This document shows, in pieces, positions 18,389 to 27,382 of a stretch of 64,000 bases of DNA (the stretch's first letter is position 1; every line of letters starts with the position of its first letter). A model generated the notes under the pieces. The model did not search any database and was not told where the DNA came from. It was given only the letters and a program-made list of their open reading frames with translations. The stretch is from an uncultured Gammaproteobacteria bacterium. Lineage in GTDB: Bacteria; Patescibacteriota; Patescibacteriia; Magasanikbacterales; JBBTXJ01. The position numbers were made by a program, and so were the translations under genes. The stretch spans positions 13,973 through 77,972 of the forward strand of contig CAZSVL010000006.1 of the NCBI GenBank assembly GCA_964610305.1. Direction: 5' to 3'.

Positions 18389-19636
18389 ATGCTACAAAAA
18401 ATACGCATCGCACTAACAATCGTTTTCTTCACCATACTCCCCTTTCAGACAAGGTGGATATATTCTGATTCTCCCATTGATCCAGCAGCAGAATGGGGAA
18501 GACTATCACTTTATGGCAGCGAGTTAGTTTTAGGGGCTCTTTTGGTTCTGGCCCTCGCTGAGGCGTGGAAAAAAAGAGGAAAGATAAAAAAAGCTGCTAA
18601 GAGAAAAAAGAGTTGGTGGTATTGGGTGGCTCTTGTATTTATTTTGTATTTGTTTAGGTATGCGTTGTTTCACGGTTTTATATCTCTGCAAGCTATCACA
18701 TGGATTTTGTTGGCTACTGCCACTGTTATATTCGTATTTTCTGGATGGATGCCCAAACGAGCGGTTCTCCACGGCGTTTACATTGGACTGCTGCTTGCAG
18801 CTTTGATGGGAATTTTTCAGGTGATAGATCAAAGTGTGATAGCAAATAAGTGGTTGGGACTAGCGCAGCACCTCCCCCAAGAAGGCGGCGCGGCAGTGGT
18901 GGAATATGGCAATACACGTTTTTTGCGAGCATACGGCCCCTTGCCTCATCCAAATATTTTTGGAGGATATATGGCTATCGCCCTAATTTTGAGCCTCTAT
19001 GCTTGTTTACAAACAGAATTCTGTAAGAAAAAATTAGCTGCCCTCGTCATTGCAAGTAGTGTGGCGCTTACCTTAAGTTTTTCCCGAGGCGCTTGGCTGG
19101 CGGCAGCGATCGGCATAGGCATACTCATAATAAAACACAAAAAAAATATTGTCAGGCCGTTGCTGCTGGCCGCACTACCAATACTTATTACTGTTTCCAT
19201 GACCTGGCCTGTTGTTCAGACAAGAATAAGTGGCCAGCAAAGACTAGAGGAAAGATCTTTGCAGGAGCGAGGTGCTTCACTAAAGGACGGATGGCTATTG
19301 CTGCAGGATCATCCCATAACCGGAGTGGGTATTGGTATGAGCGCGCTCATCTTAGGAGAAGGTTACATTGATCAATGGTGGCAGATAGCGCCGCCTCATA
19401 ATATTCTCTTGGTAATAGCGCTAGAGATTGGAGTGGTTGGCCTTATTCTTGTTGGGCTGCTGGTGGTACCGTTGCTAAAAAAGTTTGAGTTTAACTTAGT
19501 TGCGTTTCCACTTTTAGTAGCTGGCATGTTTGATCACTACCTGTGGACCCTTTATCCGGGGGTCATGCTCGTAGCGCTAAGTGCAGCCATAATTATTGCG
19601 TTATCCCCACAGCGTCCACATGCTTTGCACAATTAG
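18389..19636 (+). CDS. O-antigen ligase (Wzy_C) family polytopic membrane protein
   Basis: About 10 TM segments. LSFSRGAWLA motif typical of the Wzy_C family. Confidence 0.55.
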   Translation: MLQKIRIALTIVFFTILPFQTRWIYSDSPIDPAAEWGRLSLYGSELVLGALLVLALAEAWKKRGKIKKAAKRKKSWWYWVALVFILYLFRYALFHGFISLQAITWILLATATVIFVFSGWMPKRAVLHGVYIGLLLAALMGIFQVIDQSVIANKWLGLAQHLPQEGGAAVVEYGNTRFLRAYGPLPHPNIFGGYMAIALILSLYACLQTEFCKKKLAALVIASSVALTLSFSRGAWLAAAIGIGILIIKHKKNIVRPLLLAALPILITVSMTWPVVQTRISGQQRLEERSLQERGASLKDGWLLLQDHPITGVGIGMSALILGEGYIDQWWQIAPPHNILLVIALEIGVVGLILVGLLVVPLLKKFEFNLVAFPLLVAGMFDHYLWTLYPGVMLVALSAAIIIALSPQRPHALHN

Positions 19637-20285
19637 TGTATTGACAGGCAAAAAATGTCATGGGATGGTGGATAGAGAGAAAAAAGGCCTTTTACAATTT
19701 GCTTTCGGCTCGCCATATCCTCTTCTACAAGTAAGAAAATAAACGTGCCTAACCGCACATTAGACTAGCGAAGGCAGGATACTGCCGGGCCGCAAGAAGG
19801 TTGTAAACCGTTCAACACTTAAATTACCTAATTGCTTATTAGCAAATATGAACGTGTTTGTGCCTTCGGACAAAGAGAGTAATGCTCACACAATGCCGCC
19901 TGCGTTTTCCCCTTATCAGAAATCAAAGGTCACACTGGCATAGTGTACTGGTTGCCACGGAGACGCATGGGATTCCGTTGCAAAAGCATGATTGGACGGT
20001 AGGTTGTTGGGAAACCGCAGCTCCGCCACTTGTGTGTTAATCGAGCTTACTGGTTTCTGAGCAGATCTCTCTGAAAAAATAAAAAAAATAACGTGATGAG
20101 CTATGTTTGTGCATAATACTTCCGGCGCATCACCACTACGCATGGGACGTTGGGTAGCTCGCCATGGCTACAGAAGTCACCGCAGACAAAGGACAGACAG
20201 AAGGGTAAGATTGACACTGATGAGCAGAGAGCTAAGACACATGGAACGCGATCCAACGTTAGTATAATGATAAGGGACAAAACGC

Positions 20286-20310
20286 GGCGCAAGCCGGTTT
20301 TTTGTTTTAA
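20286..20310 (+). terminator. Terminator with GCAA tetraloop
   Basis: aaaacgCGGC-GCAA-GCCGgtttttt. Confidence 0.5.
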
Positions 20311-20321
20311 GGAGCTCAGCC

Positions 20322-20350
20322 TTGACAAAAACCGCAATTTGTGGTATAAA
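20322..20350 (+). promoter_or_regulatory. Pilin promoter TTGACA-N17-TATAAA
   Basis: Perfect -35. AGGAGG RBS follows. Confidence 0.65.
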
Positions 20351-20373
20351 AGTAAGGCAATAAAGGAGGATTC

Positions 20374-20664
20374 ATGCGCAAAAGAGGTTTTACGCTCATT
20401 GAGCTGATGATTACAGTGGCTTTCATTGGAACTGTCTTTACACTTCTTGCACTTCCAATGGCCAACGTTTGGGTAACTGAATCAAGTGCCCTGCGCTGTG
20501 CAAGGCGAGCGGCTGAAGAAGTAGAAGTGGTCACCGAGATCCAGAGAAACATTTTCAGTAATACACGTGTCAGCGCAAAAACAAAAGACGGCAAGAGGGT
20601 GCTTGTAGAAATGGATGCAAACGTGCTGTTTAATGCATCGTGTCATTTTGTCGCCAAAGAGTGA
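20374..20664 (+). CDS. Type IV pilin/pseudopilin-like protein (prepilin class III signal)
   Basis: MRKRGFTLIELMITVAFIG prepilin peptidase motif. Confidence 0.7.
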   Translation: MRKRGFTLIELMITVAFIGTVFTLLALPMANVWVTESSALRCARRAAEEVEVVTEIQRNIFSNTRVSAKTKDGKRVLVEMDANVLFNASCHFVAKE

Positions 20665-20667
20665 GTG

Positions 20668-22095
20668 CTATTCCGATTCCGTTTTGGGATCGGTTTTTTT
20701 ATAGTGTTCGATAGCAACAGAGGAAAGGGAATCAAAATATTCAGTTTTTGAATGTTGATAGTCCTTTGCTTCTAGCCATTGCTTAACGCCTTGCACGTAC
20801 GGATCGCTTTGAACTACTAAAAGCTCCGTAGATGTAGGCGCTTTTTTTTCAAGTTGCTCTTGTATATAGGGTTCATCTAAATTCCACTTCCAGCTAGTTT
20901 GGGTTATGGTTTTTATGGTTGTGGTTGATGTGTTTGGTGCAGGGATGGTCGTAAACTCTCCCTTATTGTAATGACCAAAAGGTATGGCATTCACTGACCA
21001 GGGAATAAGAACTGAAGTGTTTTGTTCTGCAACATAATCAGCAGCTAAATCCCAGCTAAATCTAAAATCTGATACTAGATTATAACTGGATCCCATCATG
21101 AGCATTAACAAGATCCCCCCATACAAACCGCGCCATTTTTTCTCTGTCTTTTCCACGGCATGCGCAAGAAGCAAGAAAAGAAGAGGTATTACAAAAATAA
21201 AATACTTTAGTTTTGGAGGTCCAGCAAGCCAAGCGATAATAACAGAGCACAGCATCATGGCAAAAAGCATGCTTTCTTTTCTTTTTTTAGCGGCTATAGC
21301 AGGAAGGCTTGTTGATAAAATTAACAAGATAACCAGAGCAGTAGTTATCCAAAAAATCCAAGAGTCGTGACTGCTGATAAGAGGATTGGAAAATATAGCC
21401 AAGGGCCATCCTTTTGGTGGAGAAATTGCTAAATACCAACTATTGGTAAACAGATCTGGTAGTTTTGGGACAAGTGCAAATGCTGCCCATGCGGTATAAA
21501 TTAGTGTCAGAATACCGTGCTTAATGTGCCATGGTTTGCGCTTTTTTCTTTCCTCTGGAATGCCCCAGACATAAGTAAAAGCTAAAGGAAAGATGGCGTA
21601 GGTATGAGAGGCTAGAAGTAAAAAGGAAGAGATAAAATAAGATCTTTTGTTCTTTTTTGTAAAGAAATACCAGGTGAGGAGCGTGAGAAAAAGGTACAGA
21701 GCGTACTGCCGGGCTTCGGTAGAGAAATAAATGCCAAATCTTGAAACGGCTAGAAGGGTCGCAGCCAAAAGTCCAGCTCGCGGTCCCAGCCATTGTTTTG
21801 CCAGTAGGCCAAGCAGATAAATACTAGAAATACCCAATATTAGGGCAGGAATTCTGGTTGCTATCTCTGTGTCACCAAAAATTCTAATCCACGGCCACAT
21901 GAGCAATGTGTGGAGTGGAGGAAACGTATCTGCGCCAGCAATGGACAAAGCTTGTAAAAAAGGCAATTGAGCTACTTTGAGAGAAAAAACTTCATCAAAC
22001 CAAAAAGATCCGCGAGAGCGGAGCAAAAAAACGCGTGGTATTATCCCGGCCGCGGTGATTAAGCAAAGGTATAATCTAAATTTTTTTTGAGTCAT
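20668..22095 (-). CDS. GT-C glycosyltransferase family 39 (ArnT/PMT-like) membrane protein
   Basis: Multi-TM protein with N-terminal FWFDEVFS...RFGIYFSTEARQYALY region. Start set at Met 22095 because the longer ORF runs into repeat elements. Confidence 0.5.
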   Translation of the reverse strand: MTQKKFRLYLCLITAAGIIPRVFLLRSRGSFWFDEVFSLKVAQLPFLQALSIAGADTFPPLHTLLMWPWIRIFGDTEIATRIPALILGISSIYLLGLLAKQWLGPRAGLLAATLLAVSRFGIYFSTEARQYALYLFLTLLTWYFFTKKNKRSYFISSFLLLASHTYAIFPLAFTYVWGIPEERKKRKPWHIKHGILTLIYTAWAAFALVPKLPDLFTNSWYLAISPPKGWPLAIFSNPLISSHDSWIFWITTALVILLILSTSLPAIAAKKRKESMLFAMMLCSVIIAWLAGPPKLKYFIFVIPLLFLLLAHAVEKTEKKWRGLYGGILLMLMMGSSYNLVSDFRFSWDLAADYVAEQNTSVLIPWSVNAIPFGHYNKGEFTTIPAPNTSTTTIKTITQTSWKWNLDEPYIQEQLEKKAPTSTELLVVQSDPYVQGVKQWLEAKDYQHSKTEYFDSLSSVAIEHYKKTDPKTESE

Positions 22096-22104
22096 GGTTG
22101 CGCT

Positions 22105-22164
22105 GTCATCCCGGGCTTGCCTGTCCGGCGTAGCTTTAGCGTAGACGGAACCCGGGATCTCAAG
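22105..22164 (+). repeat. Family 1 element, 60-bp variant (identical to the reverse-oriented copy at 31994-32053)
   Basis: gtcatcccgggcttgcctgtccggcgtagctttagcgtagacggaacccgggatctcaag. Confidence 0.7.
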
Positions 22165-22187
22165 TAAAGAATATGTGGCGGCGCGCT

Positions 22188-22228
22188 CTTGGGATCCCGG
22201 ATATTTGCTACGCAAATTCCGGGATGAC
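22188..22228 (-). repeat. Family 1 element, reverse orientation
   Basis: cttgggatcccgg...ccgggatgac. Confidence 0.6.
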
Positions 22229-22235
22229 AGGAGTG

Positions 22236-23276
22236 TCACCGGTCAGCAGCTTGAAGGGCTTCTACTATCGGGCCAAGATCCCCCGCCATAACACCCGGAA
22301 TATTGCTCCAGCTTTTTCCAATGCGGTGATCCGTGATTCTGTCCTGAGGGTAGTTGTAGGTGCGGATTTTCTCTGATCTATCCCCTGTCCCAATTTGGGC
22401 GGAACGCTCATCAGAGAGCTCTTTTGCTTCTTTTAATTCTTTTTCTTCTTGAATTCTGGCGCGCAGAAGTTCCATGGCTTTAAGTTTGTTTTGTAGCTGA
22501 GATCTTTCTTGTTGGCATGCTACGGCTATACCCGTTGGAATGTGCGTGATCCTAATTGCGGTTTCAACTTTGTTAACGTTCTGTCCTCCGGCGCCGCCCG
22601 AGTGAAATTTATCTATACGCAGGTCTTTATCTTCTATGACTAGCTCTGTGGCTTCAACTTCTGGCATAACGGCAACCGTGGCGGTGCTGGTATGAATCCT
22701 CCCTTGTTTTTCCGTGCCGGGAACACGCTGAACTCTGTGAACTCCTTGTTCAAATTTTAGTTCGCCGTATACCCCCTTACCCTCTACTTGGGCAATTACT
22801 TCTTTGTATCCGCCAAGTCCTGTTTCGTTTACCGATACTTTTTTAAAGCTCCATCCTTTTTCTTCTGCATAACGCTGATACATCTCATACAAATCTGCCG
22901 CAAAAAGACTTGCCTCGTCTCCACCAGCACCTGCACGTATTTCCAGCATTACATTTTTTTTGTCTCGCGGATCGCGCGGGCGCAGCAAATCAAGCAGCGC
23001 AGCCTCTAGTTTTATTTTTTTTGCGTTGAGCTCCTGCAGCTCAAAATCTGCCAAGTCTTTCATGCTCTGATCCTTCTCTGTCCCCGCCAAAAGCTCTGTC
23101 TCTTTTATTTGAGCATCAATACTCTCCAGCTGCACAATAATATCTACTTTTTCTTTTACATCAGAGTGTTCCATCCCCACCTCTTTTATTTTTTGAGGAT
23201 CAGAAAGAACCGCAGGGTCTTGAAGCTGCGTTTCTAGTTCCTTTAGTCGTTTTTTTAGTTGTTGTCGTTCGGACAT
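22236..23276 (-). CDS. prfA: Peptide chain release factor 1
   Basis: GGQ motif, RF1-type P(G)T tripeptide, coiled-coil N-domain. Confidence 0.85.
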   Translation of the reverse strand: MSERQQLKKRLKELETQLQDPAVLSDPQKIKEVGMEHSDVKEKVDIIVQLESIDAQIKETELLAGTEKDQSMKDLADFELQELNAKKIKLEAALLDLLRPRDPRDKKNVMLEIRAGAGGDEASLFAADLYEMYQRYAEEKGWSFKKVSVNETGLGGYKEVIAQVEGKGVYGELKFEQGVHRVQRVPGTEKQGRIHTSTATVAVMPEVEATELVIEDKDLRIDKFHSGGAGGQNVNKVETAIRITHIPTGIAVACQQERSQLQNKLKAMELLRARIQEEKELKEAKELSDERSAQIGTGDRSEKIRTYNYPQDRITDHRIGKSWSNIPGVMAGDLGPIVEALQAADR

Positions 23277-23286
23277 ATTTTTGTCT

Positions 23287-23448
23287 GCTGTACGCTGTAT
23301 GCTTTATGCTGTACGCCCCGTTAGCGTGATCCTGAACCTGATTCAGGATCCATTAGGAGTATAAGACGTACTCTATTTTTTTCTGGATTCTGAAATAAAT
23401 TCAGAATGACAAGTGGAACCCTACAGCATAAAGCATACAGCCTACAGC
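23287..23448. repeat. Composite palindromic element, family 2, in the prfA 5' region
   Basis: Inverted flanks gctgtacgctgtatgctttatgctgtacg / ctacagcataaagcatacagcctacagc around a GTGATCCTGAACCTGATTCAGGATC...TTCAGAATGAC core. Confidence 0.6.
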
Positions 23449-23479
23449 ACGCTGCAGTAGTGCCAGCGATTGTTTTACC

Positions 23480-23500
23480 GCAAACAATAAAACAGACTGC
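23480..23500 (-). terminator. rpmE terminator
   Basis: Minus strand reads cagacggcagtctg followed by ttttatt. Confidence 0.5.
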
Positions 23501-23521
23501 CGTCTGCTTATTGTATCATAG

Positions 23522-23818
23522 CTATTTTTCTTCTGCTTTTGGTCCTTCTTCTGCCTTTTTGGCAGCGCGGGCTGCGCGTTTTGCAGCTTTGCCTTTTCTG
23601 CCTTTGGCAACATCGCCCTTTGCGGCCATCTTAGCTTGAAATTTCTCTACACGACGTGCAGAGTCTACAAATTTTTGTTTTCCGGTATAAAAAGGATGGC
23701 ACTTGTTACAAAGCTCTGTTTCAATGGCTTCAGCTGTAGAGCCGGTGGTAAATTCATTACCGCACGCGCATTTTACAGCAACCTGCGTGTTATATTTTGG
23801 GTGAATTGCAGTTTTCAT
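23522..23818 (-). CDS. rpmE: 50S ribosomal protein L31 with Lys/Ala-rich C-terminal extension
   Basis: MKTAIHPKY...CxC...CHPFYTG motifs. Start taken at the internal Met matching the L31 N-terminus. Confidence 0.8.
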   Translation of the reverse strand: MKTAIHPKYNTQVAVKCACGNEFTTGSTAEAIETELCNKCHPFYTGKQKFVDSARRVEKFQAKMAAKGDVAKGRKGKAAKRAARAAKKAEEGPKAEEK

Positions 23819-23828
23819 AAGTGGCCAC

Positions 23829-23857
23829 ATTGTATCAGACCGTTGTAATAGTGTCAA
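23829..23857 (-). promoter_or_regulatory. rpmE promoter TTGACA-N17-TACAAT (minus strand), near-leaderless
   Basis: Consensus hexamers. The -10 lies about 10 nt upstream of the ATG. Confidence 0.6.
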
Positions 23858-23910
23858 GGTGGATAAGGGAAAGAAAAAAACCGTCCAGCGGGACGGAATT
23901 TGATGTGGTT

Positions 23911-24678
23911 TTAGTGCAGCTCCAATTCACACGTGACCGTTGCAAATTTATCGGTGTATTTGGTAAGTGTGGATGTTTTGAGATTGGGCGAAAGCGTTAC
24001 GGTGCAGGTCCCTCCCAGCATTGAAATGTAGCCCCGCTGACCCTCGTCCAGACGTGTAAGGTCTAGCTGGGCAACAGATGCAAGTCCTGCAACTAAGGCG
24101 ATTCGTTCCAATTCTGCAAAGCGTGGAAGATCTACACTTACCACTTTTTCACCATAGATGTCTGTTCTCTCTGCTCTCAGAATAATTTTTTTGAATCCCG
24201 CTTTCTTGCCTTCGGTAACCATGCGCAATACAAGGCTGTGTAGGTTTTCATCTTCCGCTACGGCAATAACGGTTTTTGCGTCAGCATCTACTTTTATTTC
24301 AGATGCAAGGCAGAACTTCTTAAGAGCCTTCATTGATTCAGAGAAACGCTCTTGCGCTGCCTTGGCCTCTTCCTGTTCTTGCTGTATCTTCTGCGCTTTT
24401 TCTTGTTCAGAGCTCATGGCGGTCTTGATAGAGTCAAAGAACTCGCCAAAGAGGTTGTAGACAAATGCGTCAAAGACAATGCTTGTTGGAATTGCTGTCT
24501 GATGGGTTTGACGTAGATAGTCAGCTAAGGTGGCTGCCTTGGTGTGTTTGCACCCGTCAGTAGCAACAGCGCTAATTTGAGTGGCAGCAAGACAATTTGC
24601 ACATAAGAAATCTCCATCACGGAAAATTCCGGCAGGTTGCTCCGTCTTGCAGCAAATACACGGTACCGTTGTGCTCAT
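23911..24678 (-). CDS. Hypothetical protein with N-terminal Cys4 zinc-ribbon
   Basis: CxxC...CxxC at the N-terminus. A terminator hairpin follows on the minus strand. Confidence 0.5.
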   Translation of the reverse strand: MSTTVPCICCKTEQPAGIFRDGDFLCANCLAATQISAVATDGCKHTKAATLADYLRQTHQTAIPTSIVFDAFVYNLFGEFFDSIKTAMSSEQEKAQKIQQEQEEAKAAQERFSESMKALKKFCLASEIKVDADAKTVIAVAEDENLHSLVLRMVTEGKKAGFKKIILRAERTDIYGEKVVSVDLPRFAELERIALVAGLASVAQLDLTRLDEGQRGYISMLGGTCTVTLSPNLKTSTLTKYTDKFATVTCELELH

Positions 24679-24766
24679 GCATCCTCCATTTGTTGTTACG
24701 GTAAGGATGGCATAATGCGACTATTTTGTCAAGAAAAAACCACACATGGATATGTGTGGTATATAT

Positions 24767-25171
24767 CTAGCCAACGGGCTCAATGGTGCACATGGTGTGG
24801 TGCACTGCTTGCATGAAAGTGTCGTTGGAGTATGCGGCTCTCGTTGGTCTGAAAGACACGTCAACGGGGTGCTGCTTGGCAAAACCTTTTGTTAAGCGGA
24901 GAGAGCTTTCGTTGTCCCATTTTTCAGCGTGTGGTGATTTTTCCAATTTAAGTCTGCAGAGCAGCGCAACCCGCGCATAGACGTTAATAGGAATAGAAGT
25001 TGCTCTTAATCGTGTGTCGGAGCGCTTTTTGGATGGAGATGAGACATTCGCTGTTGGTAGAAGTATTACGTATCTACCTCTTTCAAGCAGTGTGCTCAAA
25101 AGCCGCGATATCTCTTCACTTTTTGCCAGATCCAAAACCACTGCTTTTTTATGACCATCTGGACCGCTCAT
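24767..25171 (-). CDS. Hypothetical protein. It is in the same frame as the upstream ZBD ORF, separated by a single TAG.
   Basis: ORF only. No AAA+ motifs. Confidence 0.35.
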   Translation of the reverse strand: MSGPDGHKKAVVLDLAKSEEISRLLSTLLERGRYVILLPTANVSSPSKKRSDTRLRATSIPINVYARVALLCRLKLEKSPHAEKWDNESSLRLTKGFAKQHPVDVSFRPTRAAYSNDTFMQAVHHTMCTIEPVG

Positions 25172-25231
25172 TTTCTGCTCGCAATATTCATTTGCTACAT
25201 TTACCGCCCGCAGAAAGGCATCTTCTTTTTT

Positions 25232-25417
25232 CTACGCCTCTGCCATGGAGTCCGTGGGTAGAAAATGGTCACTTGAGTTTGGCGTAGTATCCTTGCCAAG
25301 GATTTCGTTACACTGGGCAACGCAATGATCGCAAATGGTCGTGTGAAGGCCTACAATGAGCTTTCCAACTTCTACTCGTGGTCTTCCACAAAATGAACAC
25401 CGCCTTAGATCTGTCAC
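25232..25417 (-). CDS. ClpX-type N-terminal zinc-binding domain protein (61 aa, standalone)
   Basis: CSFCGRPRVEVGKLIVGLHTTICDHCVAQCNEIL matches the ClpX ZBD C4 motif. No ATPase domain follows. Confidence 0.5.
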   Translation of the reverse strand: MTDLRRCSFCGRPRVEVGKLIVGLHTTICDHCVAQCNEILGKDTTPNSSDHFLPTDSMAEA

Positions 25418-25483
25418 GGGCCCTCCTTTGAATGAGCTCTCTGCAGTTTTACACGCGCGTCGGTTTTAGTCAAGCGCTCTACT

Positions 25484-25511
25484 TGACTAATTTCAGCCTT
25501 TTTTGTATACT
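25484..25511 (+). promoter_or_regulatory. rpsB promoter TTGACT-N18-TATACT with palindromic -35 region (TTAGTCAAG-n6-CTTGACTAA)
   Basis: Consensus hexamers. The inverted repeat 25470-25494 could serve divergent promoters or an operator. Confidence 0.5.
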
Positions 25512-25558
25512 GTTGCCATCTTATCAGCCGTGAATTTTATTCTGGCCGCAAGGCTCTC

Positions 25559-26353
25559 ATGGCGATGTTAAAAGAATTACCTATGAATATCCCAACATTA
25601 GAGGATATGCTCAAGGCCGGTGTGCATTTTGGTCACAGAACCTCACGCTGGCATCCTAACATGGAGCCGTTTATTTTTGGTGAGCGAGGCGGCGTTCATA
25701 TTATCAACTTAGAGCTCACGCAGAAAAAATTAGAAGACACACTGGCCACCGCAAAAGCTTTTGCAGCCGCAGGCAAAACCATTTTGTTTGTGGGAACAAA
25801 AAAGCAAGGTCAGGAAATCGTCAAAAAGCACGCTAAAGAGGCCGGCATGCCCTATATGGTAGAGCGCTGGATTGGCGGGCTTCTTACCAATTTTGCAGAA
25901 ATAAGCAAAGTTATTAAAAAATTCAATCAGCTCCGCGAGGGTCAAGAAAAAGGTGAATGGGAAAAATTCACCAAGCGTGAGCAACTAGATCTTAAAAGAG
26001 AATTAGAAAAACTTACGCCTGTTGTAGAGGGTATTGCGGATCTTACCAGAAAGCCAGATGTGCTTTTTGTAACAGATCTGCGTAGAGAAAAGACGGCACT
26101 TACAGAAGCTATCAGAACCAAAATAGAAGTAATTGGTATTGCTGACACCAATGCAAATCCGGCAAGAGCCAATTATATTATCCCAGCGAATGATGACGCG
26201 GTAAAATCAATAGAAATGATGGTGTCCGCTGTAGCGCAGGCTATCAAAGAAGGAAGAAAAGAATGGGACAAGAAGCAGGCAGCACTTCCAACAAAACCAG
26301 TTGAAAAGAAAATTGTTAAAAAAGAAGCACTTGTTGTAGCTTCATCTGAATAA
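25559..26353 (+). CDS. rpsB: 30S ribosomal protein S2
   Basis: GVHFGHRTSRWHP motif. Confidence 0.9.
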   Translation: MAMLKELPMNIPTLEDMLKAGVHFGHRTSRWHPNMEPFIFGERGGVHIINLELTQKKLEDTLATAKAFAAAGKTILFVGTKKQGQEIVKKHAKEAGMPYMVERWIGGLLTNFAEISKVIKKFNQLREGQEKGEWEKFTKREQLDLKRELEKLTPVVEGIADLTRKPDVLFVTDLRREKTALTEAIRTKIEVIGIADTNANPARANYIIPANDDAVKSIEMMVSAVAQAIKEGRKEWDKKQAALPTKPVEKKIVKKEALVVASSE

Positions 26354-26438
26354 ATATACTATTTAAGTAAAAAGTAACAAGCAGTAAGTAGCAAGTCGCT
26401 TCAAGGCCTTTGCATATTTGTTACTTGTTACTTGTTAA

Positions 26439-27059
26439 TTGCATATGGGCGTTGATATAAAAACCATTCAAGAGCTGCGCTTGAAAACTGGCGCAGGTAT
26501 TGCAGACTGTAAAGCGGCGCTAGAGGCTTCTGGAGATGATCTTGCGGCGGCTGAAAAGTGGCTCCGAGAGAAGGGTGCTATTAAAGCTGCAAAAAGAGCA
26601 GATAAAGAGACTAATGAAGGTCTTATTGAGGCATATATACACGCTGGCGGAAAAGTTGGTGTGATACTTATGCTTACGTGCGAGACAGATTTTGTGGCGC
26701 GCAACGAGAATTTTAAGGCGCTCGTAAAAGACATTGCCATGCATATTGCCGCTTCTGATCCGCTTTATTTGCGTGCAGAGGATGTCCCTGCAGAAGACAT
26801 AGAAAAAGAAAAAGAAGTATTGCGTGGCCAGCTAGAGCAAGAAGGAAAGCCATCAGATATGATAGAGAAGATTTTAGAAGGCAAGATGGCAAAATGGCAT
26901 GAAGAAGTTTCCCTCTTGAATCAAAAATACGTAAAAAATGAGGATCTCACGATACAAGAGGTGCTCAATGAAGCCGTAGCCTCTATGGGAGAGCGAATAG
27001 AGATAAAACGCTTCACCCGCTTTGCACTGCAAGGCAACAACACAGCTTGCGGGCTGTAG
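26439..27059 (+). CDS. tsf: Elongation factor Ts
   Basis: LRLKTGAGIADCKAAL N-terminal UBA-like motif and TDFVARN motif. Confidence 0.85.
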   Translation: MHMGVDIKTIQELRLKTGAGIADCKAALEASGDDLAAAEKWLREKGAIKAAKRADKETNEGLIEAYIHAGGKVGVILMLTCETDFVARNENFKALVKDIAMHIAASDPLYLRAEDVPAEDIEKEKEVLRGQLEQEGKPSDMIEKILEGKMAKWHEEVSLLNQKYVKNEDLTIQEVLNEAVASMGERIEIKRFTRFALQGNNTACGL

Positions 27060-27063
27060 TAAA

Positions 27064-27090
27064 AAAGCGCCCAAGCGGCGCTTTTTTGAA
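27064..27090 (+). terminator. tsf terminator (bidirectional hairpin)
   Basis: aaaaaagcgcccaagcggcgctttttt. Confidence 0.6.
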
Positions 27091-27092
27091 TT

Positions 27093-27326
27093 AAAAAAAA
27101 GCGTCAGACGGCTGACGCGCAGTGGGTGTTAAAAAGCGGTTCCCCTGACTGGACTGCTTGCGGCCACTTGGTAAACCGCTTGCATCCTAATCCCCGGCTG
27201 GTGTGCGGCGCAGCCTAGACTAGGTGAACTCTCAAGGAGACCTCCAATCATACTCCTCTTGCACAAGAAGCAGTGTCGTACCGGTTTTTCCGCCACCGGA
27301 TCCACGCAAGTGCCACTTTTTACCCA
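27093..27326 (-). ncRNA. Candidate sRNA (~230 nt) with minus-strand TTGACA-N17-TATAGT promoter (27333-27361) and intrinsic terminator (27093-27118)
   Basis: Perfect promoter hexamers and a hairpin gcgtcagccgtctgacgc plus T8. No ORF longer than 18 aa inside. Confidence 0.45.
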
Positions 27327-27367
27327 CACAACACTATAGCACAAAACGCGGAATTTGTCAAGGGGTG

Positions 27368-27376
27368 TGCTATAAT
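27368..27376 (+). promoter_or_regulatory. Extended -10 (TGcTATAAT) of gap; ATG 6 nt downstream (leaderless)
   Basis: TGnTATAAT directly abuts the start codon at 27383. Confidence 0.5.
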
Positions 27377-27382
27377 AAGCGC

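Noticed and set aside
20208-20245. CUGAUGAG hammerhead-like motif
   Set aside because: No complementary stem II, no GAAA box and no cleavage-site context. A chance octamer.
19640-20320. Tried to fit tmRNA or RNase P RNA to the long pilin-upstream intergenic region, and to the 27093-27326 and 29146-29655 RNAs
   Set aside because: Conserved boxes (RNase P P4 GGAAAGUCCGG / GGUGAAA; tmRNA GGGG 5' end and T-arm; SRP GGAAGCAGCC) were not recognisable by eye. Left as unassigned candidates.
27224-27382. N-terminal extension of gap given in the ORF track
   Set aside because: It overlaps a minus-strand promoter and terminator region. The GAPDH NAD-binding N-terminus begins at Met 27383 directly after TGcTATAAT.
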